32,000 bases of DNA from an archaeon (GTDB lineage: Archaea > Iainarchaeota > Iainarchaeia > Iainarchaeales > CSSED10-239): assembly GCA_035390665.1 (NCBI GenBank), contig DAOOUC010000002.1, positions 90,001 through 122,000 of the forward strand, given 5' to 3'. Positions 16,586 to 24,122 of this stretch are shown piece by piece; the first letter of the stretch is position 1; each line of letters opens with the position of its first letter. The position numbers were made by a program, and so were the translations under genes. The notes under the pieces are model-generated. The model was given only the letters and a program-made list of their open reading frames with translations, was not told the origin of the DNA and did no database searches.

Positions 16586-17200
16586 ATGGTTTGGTTAAAT
16601 TTTCTTGAGTCTATTGATTTTTTAAAAAAAAATAATATTAAAGTTTTGGATTATAAGATTATTGATTCAAAAGAAAAACTAGAATATTATAAAGATTTTC
16701 CATATGTCTTAAAACTAAGTTCCAATCTTTTACATAAAACTGAAGAAAAAGCAGTAATCACAGATATTTATTCAAAGGAGTCTTTGTTTTCTGCATATAA
16801 TCACCTTTCTTCAATTTTAGAAAAACATAAAATCAAAGGGAAAATAATTCTTCAAAAACAAGTAAAAGGTTTAGAATTAATTATTGGAATTAACAAAGAT
16901 GAACAGTTTGGAAAAGTCATTTTATTTGGTCAAGGCGGAATATACACTGAAGTTTTAGATGATACAAGTATAAGAATACTTCCAATAGAAAAGAAAGAAA
17001 TACAAGAAATGATATTTTCAACAAGGGTAAGTAAATTATTTTTTGCAAGAGGAGTAATTTATGATACAAAAGAATTAATTGATTTGATTGAAAATATTTC
17101 TAAAATTTCAACTAAGGTTTTAGAATTAGATTTAAATCCTGTAATTCTAACAAAAGAAGGATTATACATTGTTGATGCAAGAGTTAAGCTAGAGGAATAG
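16586..17200 (+). CDS. Stand-alone ATP-grasp domain protein resembling the beta subunit of ADP-forming acetyl-CoA synthetase (AcdB-like)
   Basis: PYVLKLSS...HKTEEKAV, ILQKQVKGLELIIGINKDEQFGKVILFGQGGIYTEVLDDTSIRILP and LELDLNPV match the ATP-grasp_5 pattern. ATG 16586 is preferred over the TTG at 16574 used by the track. Confidence 0.6.
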   Translation: MVWLNFLESIDFLKKNNIKVLDYKIIDSKEKLEYYKDFPYVLKLSSNLLHKTEEKAVITDIYSKESLFSAYNHLSSILEKHKIKGKIILQKQVKGLELIIGINKDEQFGKVILFGQGGIYTEVLDDTSIRILPIEKKEIQEMIFSTRVSKLFFARGVIYDTKELIDLIENISKISTKVLELDLNPVILTKEGLYIVDARVKLEE

Positions 17201-17205
17201 ACACT

Positions 17206-18141
17206 ATGTCATATAATTTAGATTTAAACACAAGTTTTCGTAAAAGAAAGCAATCTCCTAAGAGATACTGGCAATTTGTTTCTAAAAATAATCTTTTGGG
17301 AACAGCAATAACCGAAGATGCGAAATTAAATCCAAAAAAAGCATATTTTGATTTGTATGCTGTTAAACCTAAAGGCAAAATATTAATTCCAGGAGTAACA
17401 ATATCAACAGATTCTGGAGATGTTGTTGTCTATGCCCCATTTGAAGAAATTTATGATTATGGGGTAATCTATGAAGATAATGTATCCATAAAAAGAATAT
17501 ATGATCTTTGTGAAAGAAAGGGGTATCTAATGTCAATAGCTCACCCATTTGGACTAATAAATAATTCTGCAAGTTATATGATGGGGTTATCAAAACTTGA
17601 AAAATTTATTAAAGAAAAAAATGTAGGGGTGGAAGCATATAATGGAAGAATTGGATATCTTTCTTATTATATGTATGATTCTTATTTTTTAAAAACAATT
17701 AGGGATTTTTTATGGTATATTCAAGCACACAAAACATTCAAGTTACTTGGGTTATCTAAATTTGCAAATAAATTAAATCACAAAATAGATCAAAAAAGTT
17801 ATGACATGGTATATAAATTTGCAGCAACAATAAAGTTATCTCAATCAGCTAATTTTATAACAGCCGGTTCTGGAACAGATTATGTTGATAGAATAGGGAG
17901 CGGTGTTGTTACCATAGATTTACCAAAATCTTTTTTTGAGGAAACAAATATTTCTCAAAACCAAATACTACTTAACAAGATTTCAAAAAAAGAAATAATC
18001 TCTTTTGGACCACCAGGAAAATATACTGATGAATTGTTTGAGAGATCAACAGCAAGAATAACCAAATTAAAAGCATATGATGATTTAGTATATCTTACAA
18101 AAACAGCTTTTAAGATTGAAAAAAAAGAAAAAAAGAAGTAA
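17206..18141 (+). CDS. PHP-domain-like protein with most metal-ligand histidines substituted
   Basis: The order of conserved blocks follows PHP phosphoesterases: FDLYAV (vs DLHxH), IPGVTISTDSGDVVVY (vs G-x-E-i-s...H), SIAHPFG, VGVEAYNGR, GSGTDYVDRIGSG (vs SDAH...G). The assignment was made by eye only. Confidence 0.4.
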   Translation: MSYNLDLNTSFRKRKQSPKRYWQFVSKNNLLGTAITEDAKLNPKKAYFDLYAVKPKGKILIPGVTISTDSGDVVVYAPFEEIYDYGVIYEDNVSIKRIYDLCERKGYLMSIAHPFGLINNSASYMMGLSKLEKFIKEKNVGVEAYNGRIGYLSYYMYDSYFLKTIRDFLWYIQAHKTFKLLGLSKFANKLNHKIDQKSYDMVYKFAATIKLSQSANFITAGSGTDYVDRIGSGVVTIDLPKSFFEETNISQNQILLNKISKKEIISFGPPGKYTDELFERSTARITKLKAYDDLVYLTKTAFKIEKKEKKK

Positions 18142-18142
18142 T

Positions 18143-18874
18143 ATGTTTTTTATTTATCCAATGGTGTTTTTAACAATAATTTGTTTATTTTATCTAGTCT
18201 ATGAAGATTTAAGAACAAGAGAAATAAATACTATTCCTATTTATATATTATCAGGTATTGGTTTAATTTATAATTTATATTTTGGATTTTTATATAATTT
18301 CTGGAAATTATATATTTTACAATTATTAATTGTTTTAATATTTTTAATAATAATTTATTTATTAGGCAAAATAACTATTTATGCATATATTGGAGAAGGA
18401 GATTTGTTAACAATAATGATGATTTCTTTTACTAGCGGATATTCTGTTTTATTTTCTGAATTTGTATTTTTACTGGCTCTTTTCTTTATGTTATTTATTC
18501 CATTGATTTTCTTAGTATATAATTTATTAAAAAAGAACTATCCATCAAAAAAAATAAATAATAGATTTTCTTTAATGTTTTTAGGATTTCCGGTTTCTGT
18601 TTCAAAACTAAATAATTTCTTTACTCCGTTAGAGGAATATAAATTGAAAGACGGAAAAATCGAAAATAGTATTTTAATTAAACCTAATTGTGATTCTGAA
18701 ATCCAAATACAAAAGATAAAGGAAATAGCAATACAATATAATATAAAAAAAATATGGGCCTCTCCATTAATTCCATTTGTCTGGCCAATATTTATTGCTT
18801 ATCTTTTATTATTATTTTTCTTAATTTTAAGCAAATTGAATTTCTTTGGATTTTTTGCAACTCTATTTATTTAG
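18143..18874 (+). CDS. A24-family prepilin/preflagellin peptidase (FlaK/PibD-like aspartyl protease)
   Basis: Polytopic membrane protein. The first catalytic Asp context is LVYEDLRTREINTIP and the second is the G-x-G-D motif in AYIGEGDLLTIMMISF. ATG 18143 is preferred. The track start 18116 encodes KKKKKRSN and overlaps the upstream gene. Confidence 0.75.
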   Translation: MFFIYPMVFLTIICLFYLVYEDLRTREINTIPIYILSGIGLIYNLYFGFLYNFWKLYILQLLIVLIFLIIIYLLGKITIYAYIGEGDLLTIMMISFTSGYSVLFSEFVFLLALFFMLFIPLIFLVYNLLKKNYPSKKINNRFSLMFLGFPVSVSKLNNFFTPLEEYKLKDGKIENSILIKPNCDSEIQIQKIKEIAIQYNIKKIWASPLIPFVWPIFIAYLLLLFFLILSKLNFFGFFATLFI

Positions 18875-18947
18875 TTATTTCAGAACAAATATATATTTAT
18901 AAACATAATGTACTTATTATTTGCTATAATATATTTAAGTAATAAAT

Positions 18948-21314
18948 ATGGTTGAATTAAAAAAATTAAAACAGATTAAAGATAATCATATAAAAGAAAA
19001 TCAGCATCCTAAATACACCCCGCAAGAGTTGTCTAACTATGAGCATAAACAAATTACTTTAAAAAAAATTAAAACTCGTGGAGAATCTAATTACATTCCA
19101 CCAAAATCTGCAATTGTTGAAGAAAAAAAACCAAATTCTATTAATTCTAAAATCCCTGTTGAGGATTTACAAAATAGAATGATTGAAGAAAATTTATTAT
19201 TTCAAATAGAGAAAAAAAAGTTAGAAATTATTTCTGATGACCTTAAAGATAATAATATTTCTAAAGATTATAATTTGATAGATGTATCTGATTCAAATAT
19301 TGATGATTTGCTTGAGAATCTAAATAAGCAAACTACAAATATAGATGAAGATAAACCGTTTTTAGAATCTATATCTTTTTTGGATGATGTTCCAAAAATA
19401 AATAAAATTGCGATTCCAAATTTAGATGTTTCTAACCTATATGCGAAAATAGATGAAATAGAAAAAAAAAGAGAACAATCAAAAGTAATCCAGACAGAAT
19501 ATCTAAATCAGAATAATCTTAAGAATCCACTACAAAATAATAACAAAGAAAAAAAAATAGACATTGTTCCATTAATTGAAAAAATTGAAATTCCAGAAAT
19601 TATGACTTTAGATGATGATACAAAAATTACAGAATCAATAAAGAATGATTTTATAAGTTTAGAAAAAAAGGCAGTTACAGAAAAAATAAAAGAATCTAAT
19701 TTTGTAAATTCTAATAAAGAATTGAAACAAAATCCAGAAATAGAGAATAGAATAAAAGATATAAAGATAAAAGCAGATAACATTAAAATATCTACGCCTG
19801 TAGAATATAAAAAAGAAAATACAAAAATAAAAGAATTAGAAAAAGTAAATTATATTTTACCTAAAGATTATTTAACTAATAAAGGGCCTGTAGCTTATGA
19901 TGCAATAAAAAATAAGCAAAAAATTAATTTAATTTATGATTCAGAAGTTAAATCCAAATCCATAAATAAATCTGAAATTAATGAAAAATACAATATAGAT
20001 GAATTTACATTTGTTAATATTAATTATAAAGAAAACAGCCTTTTTTATAATATAATCCAACCAGAATTAACAAAGACACAAGAGGAAACACTTTCTGAAG
20101 TAAAAAGGGCGTTTCTAGATTCTATTGATGCAAATTATTATTCTTTTAAAGGAGATAAACAAGGGATTCAAAGTTATATAAAAAAGATATTTGATTTGAC
20201 TTTAGAAAAATTATCCTTTGATTTAACAAGCTTAGAAAAGAAACAATATTTTAATTTCATAAAACAAGAATTTTCTGGATTGGGATTTTTAGCAAGTATA
20301 TTAGAGGATAAAAATATAATTGAGGTAAATTGTGGAGGAGTAGGATTACCAATTATGGTTTATCATACTAAATATGGGTTAATTCAAACTAATTTAAAAT
20401 TTGAAAAAATGTCTCAATTAAATTTATTTGTATTATCTTTAACTAAAGTTATGGGATTAAGGGTAAATTCTTCTCAACCATTAATTAATGGCTATCTCCC
20501 AAATGGATATAAAGTTGAAGGATTATATTCTGTAGGAGATACAAGTAATAAAGGATCATCCTTTATAATTAAGAAATATTTAGAAGAACCATTAACCCCA
20601 AATCAATTAATAAATTTAGGTATAGGTACAATAGATGTCTTTTCATATATTTGGTGTGCAATAGATCAAAATTATCAGGTCGCAATTACAGGTGGAGATT
20701 CTGTACTTTTGATTAATTCTATTGTTCAATTATATCCTAATAAAAAGATTGCAAGTGTTCAATCTTATGATTATTTTAAATTCCCACAAAAAAATTGGAT
20801 AAAAAGAATGATACATAATGAGACGGCACTAGATAAGAAAACATTATTATCTCAAACACTTTCTGAAAGGCCAGATTATATTATTGTGGATGATTTTACT
20901 AAAGAATTATTTGATACAAAATGGTATGATTATAGTTTAATTTATGCTGATTCAAATATTATTGGAGAATATATAGAGAAGGTTAAATCTATAGGCACAA
21001 ATACAATCATCATTTATTTAGATAGAATAAAATCTCGCGATTTTGAACAAACACAAATATTAAAAATAATAGAAATAGATAAAGGAAAAGAACAAAAAAT
21101 CATAGAATTTAACATTGATGATGGGAGTTATCATTTTAACTTAGTGCCTTCTAATATTAATATTGTTGATTTTTTAAAAAAGCAGAAATTACTTAGATGG
21201 ATATCAGACACAGATATATCTGATTATTTAGATTTTAATAATCTAATTAATGATTATTATTTAGATTCTAAAAAATTATTTAACAAATTAAATATAATAG
21301 AAAAAGAGCAATAG
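18948..21314 (+). CDS. FlaI/PilB/GspE-family (T2SSE) secretion NTPase homolog with eroded nucleotide-binding motifs and a ~340-aa low-complexity N-terminal extension
   Basis: FlaI-type N-domain blocks are conserved (YNIIQPELTKTQEETL, IIEVNCGG...MVYHTKYGLIQTNLKF, PLINGYLPNGYKVEGLY, SSFIIKKY). The core aligns to the ATPase domain, but Walker A reads ITGGDSVLLINS, Walker B reads RPDYIIVDDFTKE, and no GKT/GKS occurs anywhere. Confidence 0.8.
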   Translation: MVELKKLKQIKDNHIKENQHPKYTPQELSNYEHKQITLKKIKTRGESNYIPPKSAIVEEKKPNSINSKIPVEDLQNRMIEENLLFQIEKKKLEIISDDLKDNNISKDYNLIDVSDSNIDDLLENLNKQTTNIDEDKPFLESISFLDDVPKINKIAIPNLDVSNLYAKIDEIEKKREQSKVIQTEYLNQNNLKNPLQNNNKEKKIDIVPLIEKIEIPEIMTLDDDTKITESIKNDFISLEKKAVTEKIKESNFVNSNKELKQNPEIENRIKDIKIKADNIKISTPVEYKKENTKIKELEKVNYILPKDYLTNKGPVAYDAIKNKQKINLIYDSEVKSKSINKSEINEKYNIDEFTFVNINYKENSLFYNIIQPELTKTQEETLSEVKRAFLDSIDANYYSFKGDKQGIQSYIKKIFDLTLEKLSFDLTSLEKKQYFNFIKQEFSGLGFLASILEDKNIIEVNCGGVGLPIMVYHTKYGLIQTNLKFEKMSQLNLFVLSLTKVMGLRVNSSQPLINGYLPNGYKVEGLYSVGDTSNKGSSFIIKKYLEEPLTPNQLINLGIGTIDVFSYIWCAIDQNYQVAITGGDSVLLINSIVQLYPNKKIASVQSYDYFKFPQKNWIKRMIHNETALDKKTLLSQTLSERPDYIIVDDFTKELFDTKWYDYSLIYADSNIIGEYIEKVKSIGTNTIIIYLDRIKSRDFEQTQILKIIEIDKGKEQKIIEFNIDDGSYHFNLVPSNINIVDFLKKQKLLRWISDTDISDYLDFNNLINDYYLDSKKLFNKLNIIEKEQ

Positions 21315-21316
21315 AT

Positions 21317-22159
21317 ATGTTTGGAAAATTTTTTACAAAGATTTCTGAATTCTTCTTTTCAGAGATATCTAAACTTATTGTTCCGAAATTTAAAGAATTA
21401 TCTAAAACTCTTTCATTTACTGATATTGAAGAAGATGCTCAAACATATCTTTCAAATATATTGTTTTTATCTTTCCTTATAGGAATAATCTTAGAATTTT
21501 TAATGATTTTTGTAATGCTTAAATTAAATATATTATTTAATATTTTTACTTTTGTCTTAACAATAATAATTGCCTTTACCTTTGCAGGGTTAATTTTTAT
21601 TATATTATATAATTATCCAAAATTTATTTTATTATCTAATAAAAAAAAGATAGAAGAAGAATTAGAAACAAGCATAAAGCATCTTTCTGTTTTACAGGAT
21701 AAGAATTTAACTGTGAAAGATGTACTTTACTTATTACAAAAAATAGATAATAACAAAATACTTACTGTAGAATCAAAAAGAATATTATCTATGTCTGATT
21801 TAAATAAAAATCTTAAAGAAACATTAAAATATATGTGTGATAATACCTATTCTGAACAAGAATATAGCTTCTTATCTAAATTAATAGAAGTCTTGGATGG
21901 GAAATACAAATTGGATCAAGTAATAAATGAATATTTTTTGTCTACGGAGCAAACAAGAAAAGAAAAAGAAGAACATCAAAGAAGTAGAATTACCTTGTTA
22001 TTTGAAATAAATATTTTTTTGTTCTTTTTAATCTTTGTTTTAATCTTTAGTGTTTTCTTAATGCCTATATATAGAAATTCAATAAAAGAGATTTTATTTG
22101 CTATTGCAATTATTTTTCCAATTATTGAATTAATTTTAATAATAATATTAAGTAAGTGA
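21317..22159 (+). CDS. Single-T2SSF-domain membrane protein (FlaJ/TadB-like platform subunit)
   Basis: N-terminal TM helices are followed by a ~110-aa soluble helical domain (EELETSIKHLSVL...LKETLKYM...LSKLIEVLDG) and then C-terminal TM helices. This is the T2SSF topology. The gene starts 2 nt after the NTPase homolog. Confidence 0.6.
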   Translation: MFGKFFTKISEFFFSEISKLIVPKFKELSKTLSFTDIEEDAQTYLSNILFLSFLIGIILEFLMIFVMLKLNILFNIFTFVLTIIIAFTFAGLIFIILYNYPKFILLSNKKKIEEELETSIKHLSVLQDKNLTVKDVLYLLQKIDNNKILTVESKRILSMSDLNKNLKETLKYMCDNTYSEQEYSFLSKLIEVLDGKYKLDQVINEYFLSTEQTRKEKEEHQRSRITLLFEINIFLFFLIFVLIFSVFLMPIYRNSIKEILFAIAIIFPIIELILIIILSK

Positions 22160-22166
22160 AAAATTA

Positions 22167-23297
22167 ATGAGTGTAAATAAAACCACAAATAAAGAAATTA
22201 ATTTGTTTTTCTATAATCATGAATATACCATCTTAAATATTGCAGGAATAATTTGTGGTCTTATTATTTTATGGATTGCAAATAACTTTTTTGTTGATAG
22301 TAAGATATATTATCTGATATTTATTTTTGGATTGTTAGTTGGGGGATTTGGTTTTGTTATAGAATATTATATAAAAAATGAAAAACGTAAGTCTTTAGAA
22401 ACAGAATTTAGTTATTTTTTATATGATTTATCTAAGGAATATAAAAAAACAAACAATTTATCTTTAGCATTAACAAATATATCTGAATATAATTTTTATG
22501 GAGACATAAATACAGATATAAAAAGATTAGCAAATAGAGTATCTTGGGGAGATTCTTTTGAGGATGCATTAGAGTCAATAAATAAAAACATAAATAGTTC
22601 TGTTATTATTCACACACTTGTATTACTTAGAGCATTAAAGAAATCATCGGTCTCTTATGATATAATTTTAAAGAATATATCCAAGGATCTTAAAATATTT
22701 AAAAGTGAAGATCGTTCAAAAAAGTATTTTTCAAATTTATTTTATTTGTCTTTGGTTTTTTATTTTGTATTTATTTTTGTTTTATTATATATTGACCACA
22801 TTATTGGTGGAAATTTTCTGTGGAGTAGTAATGCAGAAGTAGTTACAAGAATATTCTTTGATAATTTTATGCTTTATTTGGCATTGCTTTTAGGGGTTTT
22901 TACTGCTTACGTTATGTATTCTATAAAAAAAGACAAAGGCATAAATTTTGTTAAATATATTCTATTAATGTTTATAATAACCGTTATCTTATTTCAAATC
23001 TTTGCACCAAAACCAGAGGCTGAAAGAATTTTAATAGATACAATAGAATATATGATCAAAAATAATGAAACAAAAGTAGAAATAGATAATGCAATTGCAT
23101 TAAAGACAATAAGTTCTAAATACATTTCTGAAAAAGTAGAGACCGAAACTATATATTTTCAACAGGTTGATAATTTAAGTTGTTTCTCTGAAGAATGTAA
23201 AGAGTTTACTATCTTTGTTAATGAGCCAGCATTCTATGATTTTATTATCGAGAAACAAGAAAATAATCATTTTATTATATATTATAAAAAAGTTTAA
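22167..23297 (+). CDS. Single-T2SSF-domain membrane protein (FlaJ/TadC-like) with an extra ~100-aa C-terminal domain
   Basis: Two TM helices are followed by a soluble helical domain (ETEFSYFLYDLSKE...IKRLANRVSWGDSFEDALESI...LVLLRALKKS), further TM helices, and a C-terminal domain containing CFSEEC. Confidence 0.6.
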   Translation: MSVNKTTNKEINLFFYNHEYTILNIAGIICGLIILWIANNFFVDSKIYYLIFIFGLLVGGFGFVIEYYIKNEKRKSLETEFSYFLYDLSKEYKKTNNLSLALTNISEYNFYGDINTDIKRLANRVSWGDSFEDALESINKNINSSVIIHTLVLLRALKKSSVSYDIILKNISKDLKIFKSEDRSKKYFSNLFYLSLVFYFVFIFVLLYIDHIIGGNFLWSSNAEVVTRIFFDNFMLYLALLLGVFTAYVMYSIKKDKGINFVKYILLMFIITVILFQIFAPKPEAERILIDTIEYMIKNNETKVEIDNAIALKTISSKYISEKVETETIYFQQVDNLSCFSEECKEFTIFVNEPAFYDFIIEKQENNHFIIYYKKV

Positions 23298-23309
23298 TAA
23301 GAAAAAGAT

Positions 23310-23675
23310 ATGATAAAAAACATTACAAAGAAAAAATTAATAATTAGTGATTATAAGATTGCAAATACTGTTTTTTCTAGAGGATTAGGGTTAATGTTTT
23401 CCAGAAAATCAAAATTTAATTATGGATTAATATTTGACTTAGAAAGAGAAACAGTTATTGGAGCAAGTTTGCATATGTTTTTTGTATTTTATCCAATAAA
23501 TGTAATATTTTTGAATTCAAAAAAACAAATTGTGGATATCAAAACCGATTTTAGGCCATTTACATTTTATTCTACAAATAAGAAATGCAGGTATATTATT
23601 GAATTACCTAAAAAGATTGGATTAAGATATTATTCTTTAAATGATAGAATTTCTTGGAAAAACATCAAAAATTGA
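23310..23675 (+). CDS. DUF192-family protein
   Basis: ANTVFSRGLGLMF...GLIF...SLHMFFVFYPINVIFLNSKKQIVDI...YIIELP follows the DUF192 (COG1430) pattern (GLM, then MxF, then D/N-V-I-F-L). Confidence 0.7.
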   Translation: MIKNITKKKLIISDYKIANTVFSRGLGLMFSRKSKFNYGLIFDLERETVIGASLHMFFVFYPINVIFLNSKKQIVDIKTDFRPFTFYSTNKKCRYIIELPKKIGLRYYSLNDRISWKNIKN

Positions 23676-23865
23676 TGATTTTCTTGTGTTTTTATTATGT
23701 AGACTTTGAAAATCAAACTGATTTCTAATTGTTGGTTTAAATTAACTACCAGTAACCATATATAAAGATTTTAGGACTATAACATATACAGTAATCTATT
23801 ACCTAGATTTCCACAAAAGAATAAAAGGCAGAAAAGAGGAAGAGAAGAAACATACTGTTTAACAG

Positions 23866-23891
23866 GAACAGGTCCCTGTTCTTTTCTTCTT
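23866..23891 (+). terminator. Hairpin GAACAG-GTCC-CTGTTC followed by TTTTCTTCTT
   Basis: Read directly, with the stem at 23866-23871 / 23876-23881. It is nested inside a second possible stem AGAAGAAA (23843-23850) / TTTCTTCT (23883-23890). Confidence 0.35.
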
Positions 23892-23962
23892 AGAAATTAA
23901 TTACATTTGTGGCTTAATTGCCCCAAAACCTTTTCCTTCCCCAAAAGAAGAGGTAAACTAAG

Positions 23963-23993
23963 GAGCCCAAATGGGCTCAAGTTCTATTTTTAT
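23963..23993 (+). terminator. Hairpin GAGCCC-AAAT-GGGCTC followed by a T-rich run
   Basis: Inverted repeat at 23963-23969 / 23972-23978, with TCTATTTTTATT downstream. The stem also sequesters an AAGGAG (23960-23965) and an ATG (23971). Confidence 0.35.
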
Positions 23994-24122
23994 TAAAAAT
24001 GTTTTATTTAAATATGTTTCTATATAAATATATTTATAATAACTATAATATAAATTCGACTATAGAAAATCACAATCTTTGTGTTTTTAAGCGATTTTTA
24101 AAAAATTTCAAGGTGAATAGAG

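Noticed and set aside
18116-18142. The track extends the prepilin peptidase by nine codons (MKKKKKRSN), overlapping the 3' end of the PHP-like gene.
   Set aside because: The extension is the alternative-frame reading of an A-rich run. ATG 18143 sits 1 nt after the upstream stop and begins directly with the first TM helix.
7504-19783. The track lists other antisense or alternative-frame ORFs: 7504..7848-, 10717..10974+, 10848..11039+, 11170..11448+, 13142..13327+, 14847..15188+, 15210..15413+, 15400..15591+, 17184..17378-, 17369..17593-, 18754..18942+ and 19508..19783-.
   Set aside because: Each lies wholly inside, or mostly overlaps, a longer ORF with clear family motifs on the other strand or frame. 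Their translations are low-complexity Phe/Leu/Ile/Ser strings typical of AT-rich shadow frames.
23671-23725. A possible C/D-box sRNA: UGAUGA (23673-23678) and CUGA (23718-23721) are 39 nt apart, which is the spacing expected for an archaeal box C/D guide RNA.
   Set aside because: The UGAUGA is simply the tandem TGA TGA stop region of the DUF192 gene. The internal D' and C' boxes are poor (UUUA, AUGUAGA), and the terminal stem is only three A-U pairs. A CUGA at a suitable distance is easily due to chance, so this is not reportable without a covariance or target-site check.
23921-23946. CCCCAAAA occurs twice (TTTTGGGG on the minus strand), which looks telomere-like or like a G-quadruplex former.
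   Set aside because: There are only two G4 runs plus two GG runs, so at best a weak two-tetrad structure could form. There is no tandem array. I treat it as part of the candidate structured spacer rather than as a separate element.
23971-24027. An 18-codon mini-ORF (MGSSSIFIKNVLFKYVSI) has a perfect AAGGAG 5 nt upstream.
   Set aside because: It is too short and too AT-driven to call as a gene, and its SD and ATG lie inside a hairpin that is more simply read as a terminator. It is kept only as a note within the spacer finding.
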